Assembly: GCA_030141605.1 (NCBI GenBank)
Contig: JAQGDQ010000563.1
Span: 1 to 64,000 of the forward strand
Length of the DNA stretch: 64,000 nt
Direction of reading: 5' to 3'
Source of the DNA: Tubiluchus corallicola
Taxonomy: Eukaryota > Animalia > Priapulida
The notes under the pieces are model-generated. The model was given only the letters and a program-made list of their open reading frames with translations, was not told the origin of the DNA and made no database searches. Shown here one piece after another: positions 61,616-64,000 of this stretch; within the stretch, counting starts at the first letter, position 1, and each line of letters begins with the position of its first letter. The position numbers and the translations under genes are program-made.

Positions 61616-63436
61616 TTTTGCCGGCGCCATTTTCCAGATTACCCAGGTTAATTTATTGACACAAGAAGATTTTAATTCTGTTTCGGAATTTTGCACTTCT
61701 TTAACATGAATGAAATGAGTTCTAAGATAAATATTGCGGCATCTTGGATTGAAAAGCTCTTTGTAGGAAAGCCTTTGAAGAATATTAAGTATTTGTGAAA
61801 TCTCTCAGGTTGTTCAATGTAAAATGCATTGATGAATCCATGTTTACACAGTCAGATATTTCTTCCTGCCTCTTCCTTGGTGTTTTTAGGTTTGGTTGAT
61901 TTATACACGAATTTTACGATGTGAGAAAATATTGTCAAAAGAGCTCAGAAAAAGCCATTTAGACACGTTTAAAGTCAATATTAAACCCGAATTTAAAAAT
62001 TTCTACCGTCGTTCAAGTTAATAATGTTAATGAAATGGCTGTTGATGTCTGTTACATCAGAATAGAAGGCTTGTCTTAATAGTTGTAATGAAAAAGCTGG
62101 CAGGTTTAATGAACAGTTCAATAAGGGTATCGAACCATCTTGAACAGTTTTGAAGGAATGTTAAATATTGGTGAAATCTCTCTACTTGTTCAAAAGTTTC
62201 TTGGATGATGAATCCATGTTTACACAATCTGATATTTCTTCTTTCACAAGATCTGAACTATAAACTTAATCGTTCAAGCAATGCTACACAATAATTTGTT
62301 TCTGAAATTATAATATATTGAAAACATAATTATGATGTTGAAATAAATGTGTCATAAAGCACAGATTGTTATGTGACGAAATCTCTGGCTCATTATGAAG
62401 GGCAACCCTGTAAAATGAGCTACTGAACTGTCAGAAGCGACTAAGTCGCATTATGCCAGCTAGTGAATTGTCGTTTGAAACATCCTCCATCCACAAGGTA
62501 AACAGTCAGGATCGCATGGTAAATGAAGCCAAATAAAAAATCAAAACCATGCTCGAAATCATAAGCTACACTAGAGTATTATAATAATCCTGAGATTTAG
62601 TAGACTTCTCTTTGTGCTGAGTTTCAATGTGGATGGTTAAAAATTTCCAAATTACTAATTGAATGATTAGGTATAACGCTTTTCATCTTCCTGTTTAGAT
62701 CACTATTAAATCTTAAGTTGTGTACTTTAAAATTATTATTTTTTGTACGCAAATAGTAGCAAATAGCCAAGCCCCACAAAAGATTTTTGCACATAAATCC
62801 ACAACTACAACCTACACACCACTCACACCTCAATTGACGTCACATCACCCACACCATACCACCCACATCATAAAACATCCACCTCGCCACCCAAACGGCA
62901 ACATGTAAACTACACCACATGACCCACATCGTGCCCTACCCATCACAACTGCCATTCCACAACAGCCACTCCATGCCATTCCCACCAAGCCACGCACATG
63001 ATATCACGCCATGCATTGCAGATGATGATAACAATTTTGATGACCATGATGATGCTGACAATGTTGATGATAGTGACATCTGACGACCAACAATAACAAC
63101 ACAACAGCACAACTGTGAAACATTTTGCACAAATTTTTAGCTGTGTGCTAAGAAAAATGCTAGTACCTCCTTAAGGACCACAAGACCTTACAAAGCCTAT
63201 GGCCTTTTACAATTGTATGAGCACAGACAAAGCTAAATAATTATAAATTAGGCACTGTTCCTATTTGGGAGAACATTAGCTATTCAATCGCGCTATTTGT
63301 TTAAGCATCTATTTGTGATTTAATTGGATCATATTAAGAATAACACGCCCTAACATTTCAGGCACTCCATGTTAGCCCTTTGAGTTGCTAATTGTGGGTT
63401 ACACTTGCGACATTGTACAAACTACTTTGTTATGAC

Positions 63437-63704
63437 CTGCTTGCTACAGCACAAGAACACAGATTTCTACTGCTTGCTACAGCCCAAGAACACAGATTTC
63501 TACTGCTTGCTACAGCACAAGAACACAGATTTCTACAGCTTGCTACAGCCCAAGAACACAGAGTTCTACAGCTTGCTGCAGCCCAAGAACACAGATTTCT
63601 GCTGCTTGCTACAGCCCAAGAACACAGATTTCTACTGCTTGCTGCAGCCCAAGAACACAGATTTCTGCTGCTTGCTACAGCCCAAGAACACAGAGTTCTA
63701 CAGC
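63437..63704. repeat. 33-bp minisatellite x8 inside a dispersed repeat (63180-63760; related copy at 35075-35400)
   Basis: Unit ctgcttgctacagcccaagaacacagatttcta. Confidence 0.92.
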
Positions 63705-64000
63705 ATTTACAGGAGAATTTCTATCCCATTAGCCAATAACAAATTAAGGTTGACCGGCACAAGTGCGCTGAGTGGCGGAAAAAAACAAAATGTCTCTCCT
63801 ACAAAATCGTAAATTTCAACGTTTGAAAAAATTAAAGTGGAGTTTGCTATATATTTGTAAAAAAATTTCTTTTTAAATCAAGTAAGCAACGTCAACCAAA
63901 ATTTTACGTTCTGGAGACGAAACAATAGAGGTAAGCTGGAATTTGGAACAATATCTACTGAAATTATGTGGCCATGTTTTGCAGGAATTTTCCCGACAAC

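Overview
AT-rich, intron-rich animal (probably invertebrate) genomic DNA. From 67 to 7601 (+) are the last six coding exons of an Acinus/ACIN1 homolog, including the RSB motif. Convergent with it, from 10289 to 37592 (-), are 19 phase-compatible exons of PIGN/MCD4 (about 855 codons), but I could not find its first coding exon. A defective full-length BEL/Pao LTR retrotransposon lies at 41582-47547 (+). Next come two 5' coding exons of a POMK-like kinase (48626-51024, -) whose kinase-domain exons I could not find, and an orphan AGMO-like exon (54244-54392, -). The introns hold many MITEs, SINE/LINE fragments and intron-private minisatellites. The most striking pattern is that these arrays sit against exon edges, and five copy the splice site itself: roughly 85-90 tandem 3' splice sites before a PIGN exon, 13 extra 5' splice sites after the Acinus RSB exon, 5 extra donors after the penultimate PIGN exon, and two single duplications. 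Gene identities come from hand translation and recalled family motifs, not from database searches.
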